Shown: one piece after another, positions 1 to 10,096 of the stretch
Position numbering within the stretch: position 1 is the first letter of the stretch
How the letters are laid out: each line of letters starts with the position of its first letter
Origin: Bacteroidales bacterium UBA6366
GTDB taxonomy: Bacteria > Bacteroidota > Bacteroidia > Bacteroidales > UBA932
Length of the DNA: 64,000 nt
Assembly: GCA_002438845.1 (NCBI GenBank)
Contig: DJRG01000042.1
Coordinates: 18,899 to 82,898, forward strand
Reading direction: 5' to 3'
Made by a program: the position numbers and the translations under genes
The notes under the pieces: generated by a model
The model's input: only the letters and a program-made list of their open reading frames with translations
Told to the model about the DNA's origin: nothing
The model's database searches: none

Positions 1-1015
1 TGGTGTTCTGCACGGAGGCATAGTAGTTGATGTCTCCGCTCTTTGACCGTCCGGTCAGGCCCAATGTGTTGGAAGCGTAGAAACGCGGAACAAAGATGTC
101 CTTGTACGAATCATGTCCAGGCCATTTATTGTCCCAGATCGTGTCATCTTCCATCGTGGTGGTAGGAAGTCCGTCAGCGCCTACCACATAGCCATGGGCG
201 GTCGAACGCTGCGGACGGAATCCAAGCCAGTTAGGTCCTTCCTCTGTCTTGAATGTCACTCTCACCGTGCCGTTCTCAAGGCTTGCACCACGTTTTGTGA
301 TGATGTGGACGACACCGCCGGCGGCCTTGGAACCATAGAATGACGCCGCGGCGGCACCTTTGATGACCTCGATGTCCTCGACATCCTCCATGTTGATGTC
401 CTTGAGGGACCCCTCGGTCACAATGCCGTCAACGATTATCAATGGTTGCGAGTTGCTGTCAAAGGAAGTGCCTCCACGAAGTTTGATGACAGGCTCCGAG
501 CCAGGATTACCGTTAAGATAGGAGATCTTGACACCAGGCATCTTACCGGCAAGTGTAACGGCGACATTGTTGCCGGTCACCTCTTGAATCGAAGCCTCTG
601 AGATTTTCTCAACCGTGAAAGGCAGCGTGGCTCTGGACGTTCCCCTGGCCACACCTGTCACGATGACATCCGCCAGCTGCTCCGCAGAATCCTCAAGGAC
701 TATCCTCAAGGACGAAGCGTCCACCACAATCTCCTGAGTCGCATACCCAAGGGCGGACACCACCATGACGGCTCCCTTGCTTGAGCTGATCGCAAATTTA
801 CCATCGACATCCGTCACCGTACCTTGCTTGGTGTTCTTGATGACAATGCCGACTCCCGGAACAGGTTCGCCGTACTTATCGACGACAAGACCCGTAACCT
901 TGACAGACGCTTTTTCCTGACCGGCCATCGCAGTGGCACCCGTCACCGTGACCGGAGACATCGCCGAAAAGCCAGCCATGAGCATCAATGCATACAGATA
1001 GCATCTTTTTCTCAT
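1..1015 (-). CDS. susC: SusC/RagA TonB-dependent receptor, 5' part (runs off left edge)
   Basis: Manual translation from ATG at 1015: MRKRCYLYALML...VKVTGLVVDKYGEPVPGVGIVIKNTKQGTVTDVDGKF (CarboxypepD_reg-like), then plug motifs QPLIIVDG and IEVIKGAAAASFYGSKAAGGVVHIITK. Confidence 0.93.
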   Translation of the reverse strand, partial: MRKRCYLYALMLMAGFSAMSPVTVTGATAMAGQEKASVKVTGLVVDKYGEPVPGVGIVIKNTKQGTVTDVDGKFAISSSKGAVMVVSALGYATQEIVVDASSLRIVLEDSAEQLADVIVTGVARGTSRATLPFTVEKISEASIQEVTGNNVAVTLAGKMPGVKISYLNGNPGSEPVIKLRGGTSFDSNSQPLIIVDGIVTEGSLKDINMEDVEDIEVIKGAAAASFYGSKAAGGVVHIITKRGASLENGTVRVTFKTEEGPNWLGFRPQRSTAHGYVVGADGLPTTTMEDDTIWDNKWPGHDSYKDIFVPRFYASNTLGLTGRSKSGDINYYASVQNT

Positions 1016-1076
1016 AATTGATAGATTTATACTAATTGGTAAAAGTCTTAACTGCATTATTATGCAATCACAACCG

Positions 1077-1084
1077 CAAAGGTA
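1077..1084 (-). promoter_or_regulatory. Bacteroidetes -7 promoter element (TACCTTTG) for susC
   Basis: Matches TAnnTTTG about 60 nt upstream of the start codon. Confidence 0.6.
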
Positions 1085-1139
1085 GCCCGCGACACGTTCC
1101 GAAGCAGGAAAAATCGTATCAAAGAATCACAAATTCCTC

Positions 1140-4100
1140 TCAATCGCAATAATCCTTCGGCAAGACACCGAATTGCTTCTGGAAGCACTTCGAGAAATAC
1201 GACGGAGAACTGAATCCGACGATATACGCGACCTCGTTCACCTTGTAGACATCCTCCTTCAATAGTTCGGCGGCTCTCTTAAGACGGCAAAGACGGATGA
1301 AGTCATTCGGTGAAAGCTCCGAAATTCCTTTCAACTTCCTGTAAAGGGTCGCCCTGCTCATATACATCGCCTTTGCGATGTCATCGACATCCAACTCTGT
1401 GTCCTCGATGTGGTCATAGACATAGTCCATGATCTTTTTCATGAACATCTCGTCAGACTTGGAATGAGCGATCGAGGAGACCGGCTCCGTCGGCGAATGC
1501 AGGAACGTGTCGCAAAGACGGGCCCTCAGGCGGAGAAGGCTGTCGATCCTGGCCAGCAGAATCCCAGGCGAAAATGGTTTGGGAATATAATCATCCGCCC
1601 CGTTGTTCAGTCCGCTTATCTGTGAATCAGGGTCTGTCTTTGCCGTGAGAAGTATGAAAGGAATATGACTGTAGTTTATGTTCGCCTTGGCTTCGGCGCA
1701 GAACTCCATGCCATCCTTGCCCGGCATGATAAGGTCGCTTATGATCAGATCCACCTTATTCGCGGCCAACACCTTCAGGCCTTCCTCTCCATCGGACGCG
1801 GTCAGGACGTTATACGTTCCCTTCAACGTGTCTGACATCAGCACACGGAACTCCGCATTGTCATCAACCACAAGGATTGTCTTGGCATCGGCCTTATGCG
1901 CCATGTCATTCTGTTCGGTTCCCTGACCGGGCTGTTCCTGAATCACATCATTGTCAAGCATTATGACATCCCTCTGCCTCAGAGGAAGTTCAAGGACAAA
2001 TGTCACATCTTCGGCGGACGCGTCAAGTGTCAGGCTTCCGGAATGCATCTCCGCCAGATTCCTTGCGAAAGGCAGGCCTATCCCGGTTCCTTCGCTGTTC
2101 TTGTCAAGTTTGACGAACGGCTCGAAGATACGCTCAGCCTCACCATCCGGGATGCGGTCTCCGTCATTCGCCACAGTCAGAATGAAAGTCCGTCCGTTAT
2201 CCGTCAATGAAAGCGAGATCAGATGCGCCGCATGCTTGAGGGCGTTGCTCAGAAGGTTGCTCAGAATCTTGGTGAACACCTCACCGTCGACATCCGCCAT
2301 CAACTCATGCTCCGGCAAGGATGCCCGAAGTTCAATCCCTTTTATCTTGGCGGACGGCGAGAATCTTCCGCAAGTCTCCCTCACAAGCTTCACCAACTCT
2401 ACCCTACGGAAATTCAGACGGTTCACAGCAGGATCTATCTTTTTGAAATCCATCAGTTCATTGACAAGTTTGAGAAGCCGGTTGGCGTTCCTGCGTATTA
2501 TGGAGAGGACCTCATAGTTCTTGTCATCCTTTCCAATATTGTTCATGACATTCTCTATCGGGACCGTTATCAGAGTAAGAGGAGTCCTGATCTCATGAGT
2601 GATGTTCGTAAAAAAGTCTATCTTCGAATTATACAATTCCTTCTCTTTGGTCCTTTGCATACTCTCGAACGCCTGTCTGTTCCGACGTTTATAATACAGG
2701 ACAATGAGCCATACAGCCGAAGAACACAAGGCGGCGGCCAACAGTGCGAACAAGATCCTGGCCCAGACCGTCCTGTACCACGGAGGAAGCACCCTGATTT
2801 CCAAAGATTTTTCAACCGGTGACCAGAGTTCCTCCGCACTGACAGCCCTGACCGTCAACCTGTATCTGGCCGGCAGCAGACGTGAGAACGTTATGGTCGC
2901 CGTCTTTCCGGCAGGAACCCACTCGTCGCCAAGTCCCTTGACCATATAATAGTAATTCACATCCTGACGCTCGGAATAATCTATGCAGGTGAACCCGACA
3001 CTAAACACGGACTGGCGAGGCCTCAGGACAATCTCATCGGAAGCGATTATGGATTTGTCCAGCGGTGAGCCATCCGTTCCAGGCTCGACAGGCTCGTTGA
3101 ACAGCAGGAACTTGTTGAAAAGGATGGCAGGCGGAGTAGAAAGACGTTTCAGATGGTCAGGATCAAAGGAGGCAATGCCCTTCACGCATCCGAACAGAAG
3201 TCTCCCATCGTGCGTCCTCACACCTGACTTATAATTGAACTGATTGTAGATCAGCCCATTCTCACTATTCACCGTAATAATCCGTCCCGAATCAGATGAG
3301 ATTCGGAACAAGCCTTTGTTGGTGCTGCCCCAGATATTTCCGCCCCCGTCCTCAAGGAGTTTGTATATAACCCCGTTCGGAAGGCCGTCAGACTCATCAT
3401 AACGCGAGTCGAAGGACTGCTTGTTCCTGTCGAACCGGAAAACACCTTTCCCTTCCGTCCCGACCCACATATTCCCGTCCTTGTCAAGCAATAGGGTTAT
3501 CGCCTGGGTGATTCTGTCCCGTGCATCACGCCCCATGTCCGGATTGTCCCACACATCGTTCCTCCCATCATACCGGAACACACCCTGGCCTATGGTGGCG
3601 AACCAAAGGTGACCGTCGATGTCTTCGGCGATATCATTCACGGAAGATGTGATCAAGTCTCCCCGGACATGCTCGAACTTCCCGGAAGATGCGTCATAGC
3701 GGCACAAGCCCTTGATTGTGCCTATCCAAATGGCGTTATCGTAGCCTTTGTATATTGAATATACACTGTCGTCGATCAAAGAGCCCGGCTTCCCGTCATT
3801 TGTGAAATGGCGGTGGCGTCCCGTGTTCACATCCAGCACATAGAGCCCATCCATATAGGTTCCCACCCACAACTCCGAGTCTCCCACAAGAGCCAGGGCA
3901 TGAACATTGGTGGCGTCGATGAACCCGCTTGAGAATGTCCTCGCCCGACTGTCGTAGAAGTTCAATCCGGCGTCCTCGGTGGCGATCCAAAGATTGCCGT
4001 CCCGGTCCTCACACATCTCGCTGATGCTCTTGCCTTTAAGATCCCCAGGCATGTCACCGGGGCATATCTTCGCAAACTGTGATGTGTATTCCGAATAATA

Positions 4101-5111
4101 GTTGATCCCGCCAAAGAACGACCCTGCCCACATCCCTCCTTCAGAGTCCTCGGCGATGGAATGGATCGAGTTGTCCGACAGAGAGTAATCATCATTAGGA
4201 GAATGCCTGAGATTGTGAAGTGACCCGTTCTCGCAGACATACAATCCGTTTTCCGTACCAACCCAAAGATTCTTCCTATGGTCAATGTAAATGTCATGGA
4301 TGATGGTCTCTGTTATGGACTGGCCGTCCTGAGACTTCCACGCAAGAAACGAGTGACTCCTCAAGTCAAACATATACAGACCTTTCTGGGCACAGCCGAC
4401 AAGCAAGGTGTTCCTGTCCAACGACGCTATCTTCCAGATGTCACGGAAAAGTGGATTCTCTTTCGGGCCGAAAAGACGTATCTCCCCGGTCGCCGGAGAA
4501 TATCTGAACATCCCCTTCGAATTAGTGGACACCCAAATGTTGCCGTCCCCCGCAAGACACATGCTCCTTATGTACCGTCCGGCCCTGTCTGAAGCGTCAA
4601 GCAACGGGACCGGTGCGCAACCGCCATCCCGGCCAACCCTGAACAGGCCATAATTGGCCACCACGACCCAGAGATCTCCGTTAAGATCGGTCGCCATGTC
4701 TCTGACAAGACCGGTGACTGGTTCTCCTTCCGTTCCAGTCAGTTCAACCGCACTGAAAGCCTCGGAAACCGGATCATACACGGAAAGTCCTTCCCTTGTC
4801 CCGACGTAGATGCGCCCGTCATCACTGCGGTGAAGACAGATGGTCACATTGCTCTTGAGCCCGTCCCCGACAGATGATCTGTTGAATATGCGGAATGAAT
4901 CTCCATCATAGACACTGACCCCGTCTCCCGTCGCGGCCCAGATCCGGCCATACGAATCCTGGATTATGTCATAGACAGAATTCTGGGACAGGCCACTTTC
5001 AACGTCCAGACAGTTGAAATAGAAATCGCTCGCGATTGAGGCCACCGGCATGACGAGTGACAGTGACAACAAAGCAAAGACATGACGCAGGACAACTTTC
5101 AAATTAAGCAT
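1140..5111 (-). CDS. Hybrid two-component sensor/regulator (beta-propeller, Y_Y_Y, HisKA, HATPase, REC, AraC HTH)
   Basis: Reg_prop repeats (GLSQNSVYDIIQDSYGRIW), TM helix, ITHEIRTPL, GTGIGL, ISDLIMP, C-terminal GFSSPSYFSKCF; start moved to ATG 5111 (signal peptide, no overlap with upstream gene). Confidence 0.96.
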   Translation of the reverse strand: MLNLKVVLRHVFALLSLSLVMPVASIASDFYFNCLDVESGLSQNSVYDIIQDSYGRIWAATGDGVSVYDGDSFRIFNRSSVGDGLKSNVTICLHRSDDGRIYVGTREGLSVYDPVSEAFSAVELTGTEGEPVTGLVRDMATDLNGDLWVVVANYGLFRVGRDGGCAPVPLLDASDRAGRYIRSMCLAGDGNIWVSTNSKGMFRYSPATGEIRLFGPKENPLFRDIWKIASLDRNTLLVGCAQKGLYMFDLRSHSFLAWKSQDGQSITETIIHDIYIDHRKNLWVGTENGLYVCENGSLHNLRHSPNDDYSLSDNSIHSIAEDSEGGMWAGSFFGGINYYSEYTSQFAKICPGDMPGDLKGKSISEMCEDRDGNLWIATEDAGLNFYDSRARTFSSGFIDATNVHALALVGDSELWVGTYMDGLYVLDVNTGRHRHFTNDGKPGSLIDDSVYSIYKGYDNAIWIGTIKGLCRYDASSGKFEHVRGDLITSSVNDIAEDIDGHLWFATIGQGVFRYDGRNDVWDNPDMGRDARDRITQAITLLLDKDGNMWVGTEGKGVFRFDRNKQSFDSRYDESDGLPNGVIYKLLEDGGGNIWGSTNKGLFRISSDSGRIITVNSENGLIYNQFNYKSGVRTHDGRLLFGCVKGIASFDPDHLKRLSTPPAILFNKFLLFNEPVEPGTDGSPLDKSIIASDEIVLRPRQSVFSVGFTCIDYSERQDVNYYYMVKGLGDEWVPAGKTATITFSRLLPARYRLTVRAVSAEELWSPVEKSLEIRVLPPWYRTVWARILFALLAAALCSSAVWLIVLYYKRRNRQAFESMQRTKEKELYNSKIDFFTNITHEIRTPLTLITVPIENVMNNIGKDDKNYEVLSIIRRNANRLLKLVNELMDFKKIDPAVNRLNFRRVELVKLVRETCGRFSPSAKIKGIELRASLPEHELMADVDGEVFTKILSNLLSNALKHAAHLISLSLTDNGRTFILTVANDGDRIPDGEAERIFEPFVKLDKNSEGTGIGLPFARNLAEMHSGSLTLDASAEDVTFVLELPLRQRDVIMLDNDVIQEQPGQGTEQNDMAHKADAKTILVVDDNAEFRVLMSDTLKGTYNVLTASDGEEGLKVLAANKVDLIISDLIMPGKDGMEFCAEAKANINYSHIPFILLTAKTDPDSQISGLNNGADDYIPKPFSPGILLARIDSLLRLRARLCDTFLHSPTEPVSSIAHSKSDEMFMKKIMDYVYDHIEDTELDVDDIAKAMYMSRATLYRKLKGISELSPNDFIRLCRLKRAAELLKEDVYKVNEVAYIVGFSSPSYFSKCFQKQFGVLPKDYCD

Positions 5112-5136
5112 CGGGCCGGGGCAAGACTTACAAATG

Positions 5137-6741
5137 TCAATATTCAAGTTTAAAGTCATCGACCCAAAGGATTGAGTCCGGACTGCCGGTAAAGTAATCG
5201 CCAAGCATGCTGGCGGCGCATGAGACGATGATGTGGGTAGGACGACGGGATGTGGAGACATATTCAAGAGGAATCTCGACCTTGGTCCACTCCATGTCGT
5301 GGTCTGTGACAAAATTGCCGTAAGCTATGACATTCGGACCTTTGGAGTCAAAGAATGTCTCTTTCTTAGTGGTATTGACCTCCACCGGACTGTCAGCCGA
5401 GCCACCATATTCCTTGGGACTCCAATCACCGAGAGCCACCCAGACGGTTCCTCTGTCGTTGTCTCCGACTTTGACCACATCATCGTCAGGATAGCCTCCC
5501 AACGTCTTCTGCTGGATCTTTCCGCTCTTGTACTTGAGCCATACGGTCAGCTTCCGTGGACGAAGGGTAAATGGACGCCCCATATTGATTACTCCGCCGG
5601 ACATACCGATGGTCTTTACATATTCACCGGAGAAAACATTGCCGGCCGCGAATTTGAGGATCACGTACTGCGACTCCATCTTCAATGAATATTTCCCCTC
5701 AACCTTCTCCGCGTCATCCGGTTTTGTGATGGCATAGCTTGATCCGATAGTGGTCGAGCCTTTGTTCCCGCATCCCCACCACTTGGCCTGGAGGCTTGGA
5801 TCCGAAGAATTCGGATCGAAAAACGAGTAATACCTTTTGGACTCGGCGTTGCTGAACGTCTCGAATCCTGAGTTCGGAAGTTGGAGCTCCGCCTCTGTTT
5901 TAAACATCCGCACCTCCGTGATTTCGTCTCCGCTGAAGGCAAGACACTCATACTCAGTCAAAGGTTCAAGCCCCTCAACCATAGCACCGAACGTGCCGCC
6001 ATTGGAAGTGACATTCGCGACATTTCTCCAATCGGTTTCGCCCTTTTTCCTGACACGGAATCCATTGTCACGCCCTTCAATTCCGGAAGCATTGAGCCAA
6101 GCGACCCTGGTCCAAGCATCAACGCCTATCATCGAGATGGAGGTCTCGACCGTTTCCGCAGAAATTGTCCACTCCTCGACAACGTCACGATAGGACACCC
6201 TCACCACCACAGAAGTCGTAAAATCGTGGATTGAAGCGGCAACCGGGGAATATTCCGCCACACCCTCCGGTCCAAGTTTCATGGAAACCACGTTCAGCTT
6301 CTTCAAATCCATCGAGGACGGAATCTTGAATGTCACCCGTCTGTTGTCAGAATCTATCACGGAATCCCCGGACTGGCCGGAAACCGTGAAGTAACGCTCT
6401 ATCGGTTGTTCCGCCTTGATCGTCCAGTCAAAGTTCCGTTCATAAAGGCTCAATGTGACGTTTAAAGGCGAAGACAGATCCCGCACACCCGTCAATTCCG
6501 CCGAAGCAGCGACAGCCTTCTCATTGAAAGAAACCTCTGTGATGCCCACCCCTCGGATGTCCGTTGCCTCCTCCAGCGTGATCAAGACCTCGCGGGCCTC
6601 CTTGTCGATGCTGACAGATTTGGCGCCCACGACCTGAAGGCCTGTTATCTCGGCGGCCACATCCGGATAAGGGATGTCGTTCTTGATGCAGGACACAGCG
6701 GCAAGAAGCATAATGAATATGGCAAAGAATCTGTTTTTCAT
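5137..6741 (-). CDS. PCMD (putative carbohydrate metabolism domain) lipoprotein
   Basis: Lipobox AVSC; QLPNSGFE, AAGNVFSG, GRPFTLRP, GDYFTG...LWVDDFKLEY typical of PCMD proteins. Confidence 0.85.
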   Translation of the reverse strand: MKNRFFAIFIMLLAAVSCIKNDIPYPDVAAEITGLQVVGAKSVSIDKEAREVLITLEEATDIRGVGITEVSFNEKAVAASAELTGVRDLSSPLNVTLSLYERNFDWTIKAEQPIERYFTVSGQSGDSVIDSDNRRVTFKIPSSMDLKKLNVVSMKLGPEGVAEYSPVAASIHDFTTSVVVRVSYRDVVEEWTISAETVETSISMIGVDAWTRVAWLNASGIEGRDNGFRVRKKGETDWRNVANVTSNGGTFGAMVEGLEPLTEYECLAFSGDEITEVRMFKTEAELQLPNSGFETFSNAESKRYYSFFDPNSSDPSLQAKWWGCGNKGSTTIGSSYAITKPDDAEKVEGKYSLKMESQYVILKFAAGNVFSGEYVKTIGMSGGVINMGRPFTLRPRKLTVWLKYKSGKIQQKTLGGYPDDDVVKVGDNDRGTVWVALGDWSPKEYGGSADSPVEVNTTKKETFFDSKGPNVIAYGNFVTDHDMEWTKVEIPLEYVSTSRRPTHIIVSCAASMLGDYFTGSPDSILWVDDFKLEY

Positions 6742-6744
6742 AAC

Positions 6745-7488
6745 TTAAATGTGAAAACTGAGTCCGAATGAAATGTCAAGTATGTCCAGCATGAAGCGAA
6801 CCTTGGAAAAATCCCTCGTTCCCACAATCTCACCGTTCTTGTAATAGTCGATGTGGTTGTAGGTCGCTCCCCCGATGCCGATCGAGACATGGGTGCTGAT
6901 GCTGTTCGTCACAAAGACCATGAGTCCCGGATGAACCGCTATCTTGATCCTGTTCGCGGCCGAATAGGAATCAAGGCTCTCCTCGTTGTAGGAGAACGAG
7001 GTACGGGTGTATGAATATCCCAACGACACATCGGTGAACACCCCGAAACGGCTGCGCTTGTCCAACGGGGCGTAGGCGCGGTGGAAAACCTCCGTCTGGA
7101 TCGAGCGGGAATCCGCCATAATGTCACTTAGCGAGAACGAAAGGTCATCGCTGAGCATGGAAAGGTCGGCGTTCGAGACAGCCCCCTTGGCCGTCGAATA
7201 TTTCGCCCTCAGCCCGACAGTCCTGTTGTTCCTGTAGGTGTAGTCCAGATAAGGAGCGACAGTCATCATCGTCCCACTGGCGTCCAGATGCTGAAGCAGC
7301 ATAAGATACTCGCTGTCATTGCTGAACAAGTCCACATAAGAGAACTGGACTCCAGCCGAGAAATCACCTTTCGGCATGAACAGGCGGTCTGGTCCCCTCT
7401 GGATATCAGGAGAGTCATCACCCTTATCTTCAGCACCAAGCCACAGGCTGGAAAGAGCCAGCAATAATGTCAATGCTATCCTTCTCAT
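6745..7488 (-). CDS. Outer-membrane beta-barrel protein (paralog of the neighbouring gene)
   Basis: Signal peptide, amphipathic strands, C-terminal FGLSFHI. Confidence 0.75.
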   Translation of the reverse strand: MRRIALTLLLALSSLWLGAEDKGDDSPDIQRGPDRLFMPKGDFSAGVQFSYVDLFSNDSEYLMLLQHLDASGTMMTVAPYLDYTYRNNRTVGLRAKYSTAKGAVSNADLSMLSDDLSFSLSDIMADSRSIQTEVFHRAYAPLDKRSRFGVFTDVSLGYSYTRTSFSYNEESLDSYSAANRIKIAVHPGLMVFVTNSISTHVSIGIGGATYNHIDYYKNGEIVGTRDFSKVRFMLDILDISFGLSFHI

Positions 7489-7491
7489 AGG

Positions 7492-8238
7492 CTACAGATA
7501 ATAATAAAGGCTGAAACCCACGGCAAGCAGGTTGACCTTGAAGTTGATGATTGTGACACTGCGGTCTCCCTCGGCCACGCGGTTGTGACTCTGGTCCGTC
7601 CAGTCGAAATGCAGCCCAAGCATGTTCACGCTGACATCTATCGCAAGTCTGTTCGTGACAAACGCCATGAAGCCAGGGCAAACATTGATTCCAAGCGAGT
7701 TGGAAGTCTCGTAGGAAGCGTTCACCTTGTTGTTATGCCCGTCCAGAACCTTTCCCTGGCCGTAGGAATATGACAGCTGCAGCTCGTTGAAAAGTCCCAG
7801 TCTCTTCAACTGTCCCACAGGAATATAGTAGCGTCCTATTCCCTGGATCTCAAAGACATGGCTGATCTTGTGATAGTCCGACAGCGACAGGTCTATGTCC
7901 TCGAAATTCATCTGAGCGGAATCCAACTTGAACATATTCCTCTTGTAACCGGCCCTGACGCCGACTCCCATGTTGTCCTTGACCATGTAGCAGAACGCCG
8001 GGCTGACGGAAAGCGTGTAGCCGGTCGAGTTGATGCCGTTCACGACAAGCAGACGGGAATCGTTGTTGTTGTGCAGCATGTAGCTGGCGCCTCCGCCGAT
8101 CATCCATGTCCCCTTCTTGATGAAGCAAGGCTGGGAGGACAGGTCTATCCCCCTGTCCAGTTTCTGCCCCTCGGCCACAAGCGGGCCCAGGAGCAGAAGC
8201 AAGGTTGTGACATATTGGAATCCGTGTCTCATGATCAT
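7492..8238 (-). CDS. Outer-membrane beta-barrel protein
   Basis: Signal peptide, FIKKGTW start of barrel, C-terminal GFSLYYYL. Confidence 0.75.
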   Translation of the reverse strand: MIMRHGFQYVTTLLLLLGPLVAEGQKLDRGIDLSSQPCFIKKGTWMIGGGASYMLHNNNDSRLLVVNGINSTGYTLSVSPAFCYMVKDNMGVGVRAGYKRNMFKLDSAQMNFEDIDLSLSDYHKISHVFEIQGIGRYYIPVGQLKRLGLFNELQLSYSYGQGKVLDGHNNKVNASYETSNSLGINVCPGFMAFVTNRLAIDVSVNMLGLHFDWTDQSHNRVAEGDRSVTIINFKVNLLAVGFSLYYYL

Positions 8239-8351
8239 TCGTAGCTGTCCGCTTCTCTAAATCGTCTTTAAATACACTACCGTTCAATTTATGAGAGCAG
8301 GCACATGCCGCCGCGCTCATATTCGCAAATGTAATGCTTTTTTAGACATAT

Positions 8352-8687
8352 TCAAAAATTCCGCAGATTATCACGGGCGCCAGGGGCGTTCCTGAAGACT
8401 TGTCCGACCTCCTCACAGGTGTCGATCAGCTCACACTCCGCGCAAGTGCCATAACCTTTTTCCCGCACACACTTACGGATCGGGCAGAGTTCACTGCAAT
8501 AGAGGTACTTCACACCCTCGGTACGACACCCCATGCAATTGATATGCTCAGGCTTGATCGGGGCATTATTCGCCTCGGCCCATAGTTTGGCCGTCTTTTC
8601 CCTAAGCGAGTCATCATTGTTCAACGTGGCCTTGCGGGCATCGCAATTCCCGCAGTCCAGCCCGCAGCAAGCAATCAAATCCTTCAT
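8352..8687 (-). CDS. DUF3795-like Cys-rich protein
   Basis: IACCGLDCGNC...INCMGCR...CPIRKC...TCAEC pattern. Confidence 0.85.
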   Translation of the reverse strand: MKDLIACCGLDCGNCDARKATLNNDDSLREKTAKLWAEANNAPIKPEHINCMGCRTEGVKYLYCSELCPIRKCVREKGYGTCAECELIDTCEEVGQVFRNAPGARDNLRNF

Positions 8688-8921
8688 ATTCCATTAATAA
8701 TTTGTTAACGCAAAATTAGTGGATCAGGCTCGGATCCCAATGCTTCCCGCATGGACAATACTCACGAACAAACAACTACGCATCAAACAATTACACAGAC
8801 CGCACATGGACAAACGCCCTTCAATGCAATAAAGTCCAACCAGTCATAAGTCTTGAATATACTCCCGCCTAATGATTCGGCTGACTAAAAAGTATTATTC
8901 AACCTCCAAAGAACGTGTCAA

Positions 8922-8944
8922 GTCGCCGAGCCCATCGAAGCGCC
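8922..8944. repeat. Degenerate REP-like palindrome copy
   Basis: GTCGCCGAGCCCATCGAAGCGCC matches 19/23 to GTCGCTGAGCCTGTCGAAGCGAC, the reverse complement of 55487-55509. Confidence 0.55.
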
Positions 8945-9172
8945 CGATACGAGCCAATCCGGCTCAAATCCAGCCGTCGTGTTTTGTGTGACGGGCAATA
9001 ATTCGGAAAGTACTGAAAACCAAAGTGTGGAGCATCACCCGTTTATTATCAACGACTTACAAATCATTGCCGGGGCGATCGGGAGGGCACGATTCCATAA
9101 CTGACTAAGTATATGGACATTGCCAAACACGGAGATGTTGCTGCCCCGATTGTGCCCCGTTTTTTAACGGGT

Positions 9173-9211
9173 AATCCGCTAATTCATTGATATTCAACAA
9201 ATTAGCGGATT
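9173..9211. terminator. Inverted repeat immediately 3' of tRNA-Ser (terminator or att-associated)
   Basis: AATCCGCTAAT-TCATTGATATTCAACAA-ATTAGCGGATT. Confidence 0.55.
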
Positions 9212-9215
9212 TACG

Positions 9216-9300
9216 CGGAGAGGGAGGGATTCGAACCCCCGGAGCCTCGCAGCTCAACAGTTTTCAAGACTGCCGTAATCGACCACTCTACCACCTCTCC
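9216..9300 (-). tRNA. tRNA-Ser (anticodon UGA)
   Basis: Reverse complement GGAGAGGTGGTAGAGTGGTCGATTACGGCAGTCTTGAAAACTGTTGAGCTGCGAGGCTCCGGGGGTTCGAATCCCTCCCTCTCCG; long variable arm, TTCGAAT T-loop; TACCTTTG promoter at 9329-9336. Confidence 0.97.
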
Positions 9301-9463
9301 AGACTTTGTTCCCTCAATTGAGGGAATGCAAAGGTAAATAAAATTTTCTGTTCAGCAAAATATGCGGAAACAATTTCGCAAAAAATCTCAAAACAAGGCA
9401 TAGTTCCCGGCATATTCAGCCATCAAAGGAATGTCGCTTAGACTTGGCCAGCGACCAGAGGCG

Positions 9464-10096
9464 CTATTTGTCTTTCTTTTCCTCGGCACGGGTGAAGAAA
9501 CGATTCTGGAAAAGAATCAGATAGAAGGCTCCGACTGTGACGCAGCTGTCAGCGAAATTGAAGACAGGAGCGAAGAACAACAGACGGTCACCTCCCACAA
9601 ACGGAACCCAATCAGGCCAGAAGGTGTCGATCAAAGGAAAATAGAACATGTCCACCACACGGCCGAACATCAGCGGGGCGTAATCGAAAATCACTCCGTA
9701 GAAAAGGCTGTCGATGATGTTGCCGAAGGCCCCGGCCGTGATCAGCGTCAGACCTACAAGCACTCCGGTCGGAACTACCGGTTTGCCGTCCGGCAGAAGT
9801 GCAGGTTTGCCATCTGAATCCACAGACTTGCGTACAAGCGAAGCGATCCACCAACAGAGAACACCAGAAAGAGCGATCCTGAAGAAAGACAGCAGAAACT
9901 TGCCTACGGCACCGCCGAACTTCATTCCGAAAGCCATCCCTTCATTCTCTATGAAGAAAATCTGGAACCAGTTCCCGATGACACTGAAATGCTCACCTAT
10001 CTGCATGTTCGTCTTGACCAGAATCTTGACGACCTGGTCAATGACGACAAGTACGACTCCCAGTATCAGGAGCTTCTTACCCTTGGAAATCTTCAC
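9464..10096 (-). CDS. lspA: Lipoprotein signal peptidase II
   Basis: DQVVK, NEGMAFG, GAFGNIID, VVDMF, FNFAD motifs. Confidence 0.96.
   Translation of the reverse strand: MKISKGKKLLILGVVLVVIDQVVKILVKTNMQIGEHFSVIGNWFQIFFIENEGMAFGMKFGGAVGKFLLSFFRIALSGVLCWWIASLVRKSVDSDGKPALLPDGKPVVPTGVLVGLTLITAGAFGNIIDSLFYGVIFDYAPLMFGRVVDMFYFPLIDTFWPDWVPFVGGDRLLFFAPVFNFADSCVTVGAFYLILFQNRFFTRAEEKKDK

Noticed and set aside
5112..5312. N-terminal extensions in the ORF track (HTCS, ileS, tsaB, eda, GH20, ssb, purA, fabG)
   Set aside because: They overlap upstream genes or promoters; downstream ATGs match signal peptides or family N-termini
8700..9215. Intact mobile element or integrase at tRNA-Ser
   Set aside because: No integrase or transposase ORF and no exact duplication of the tRNA 3' end in the window
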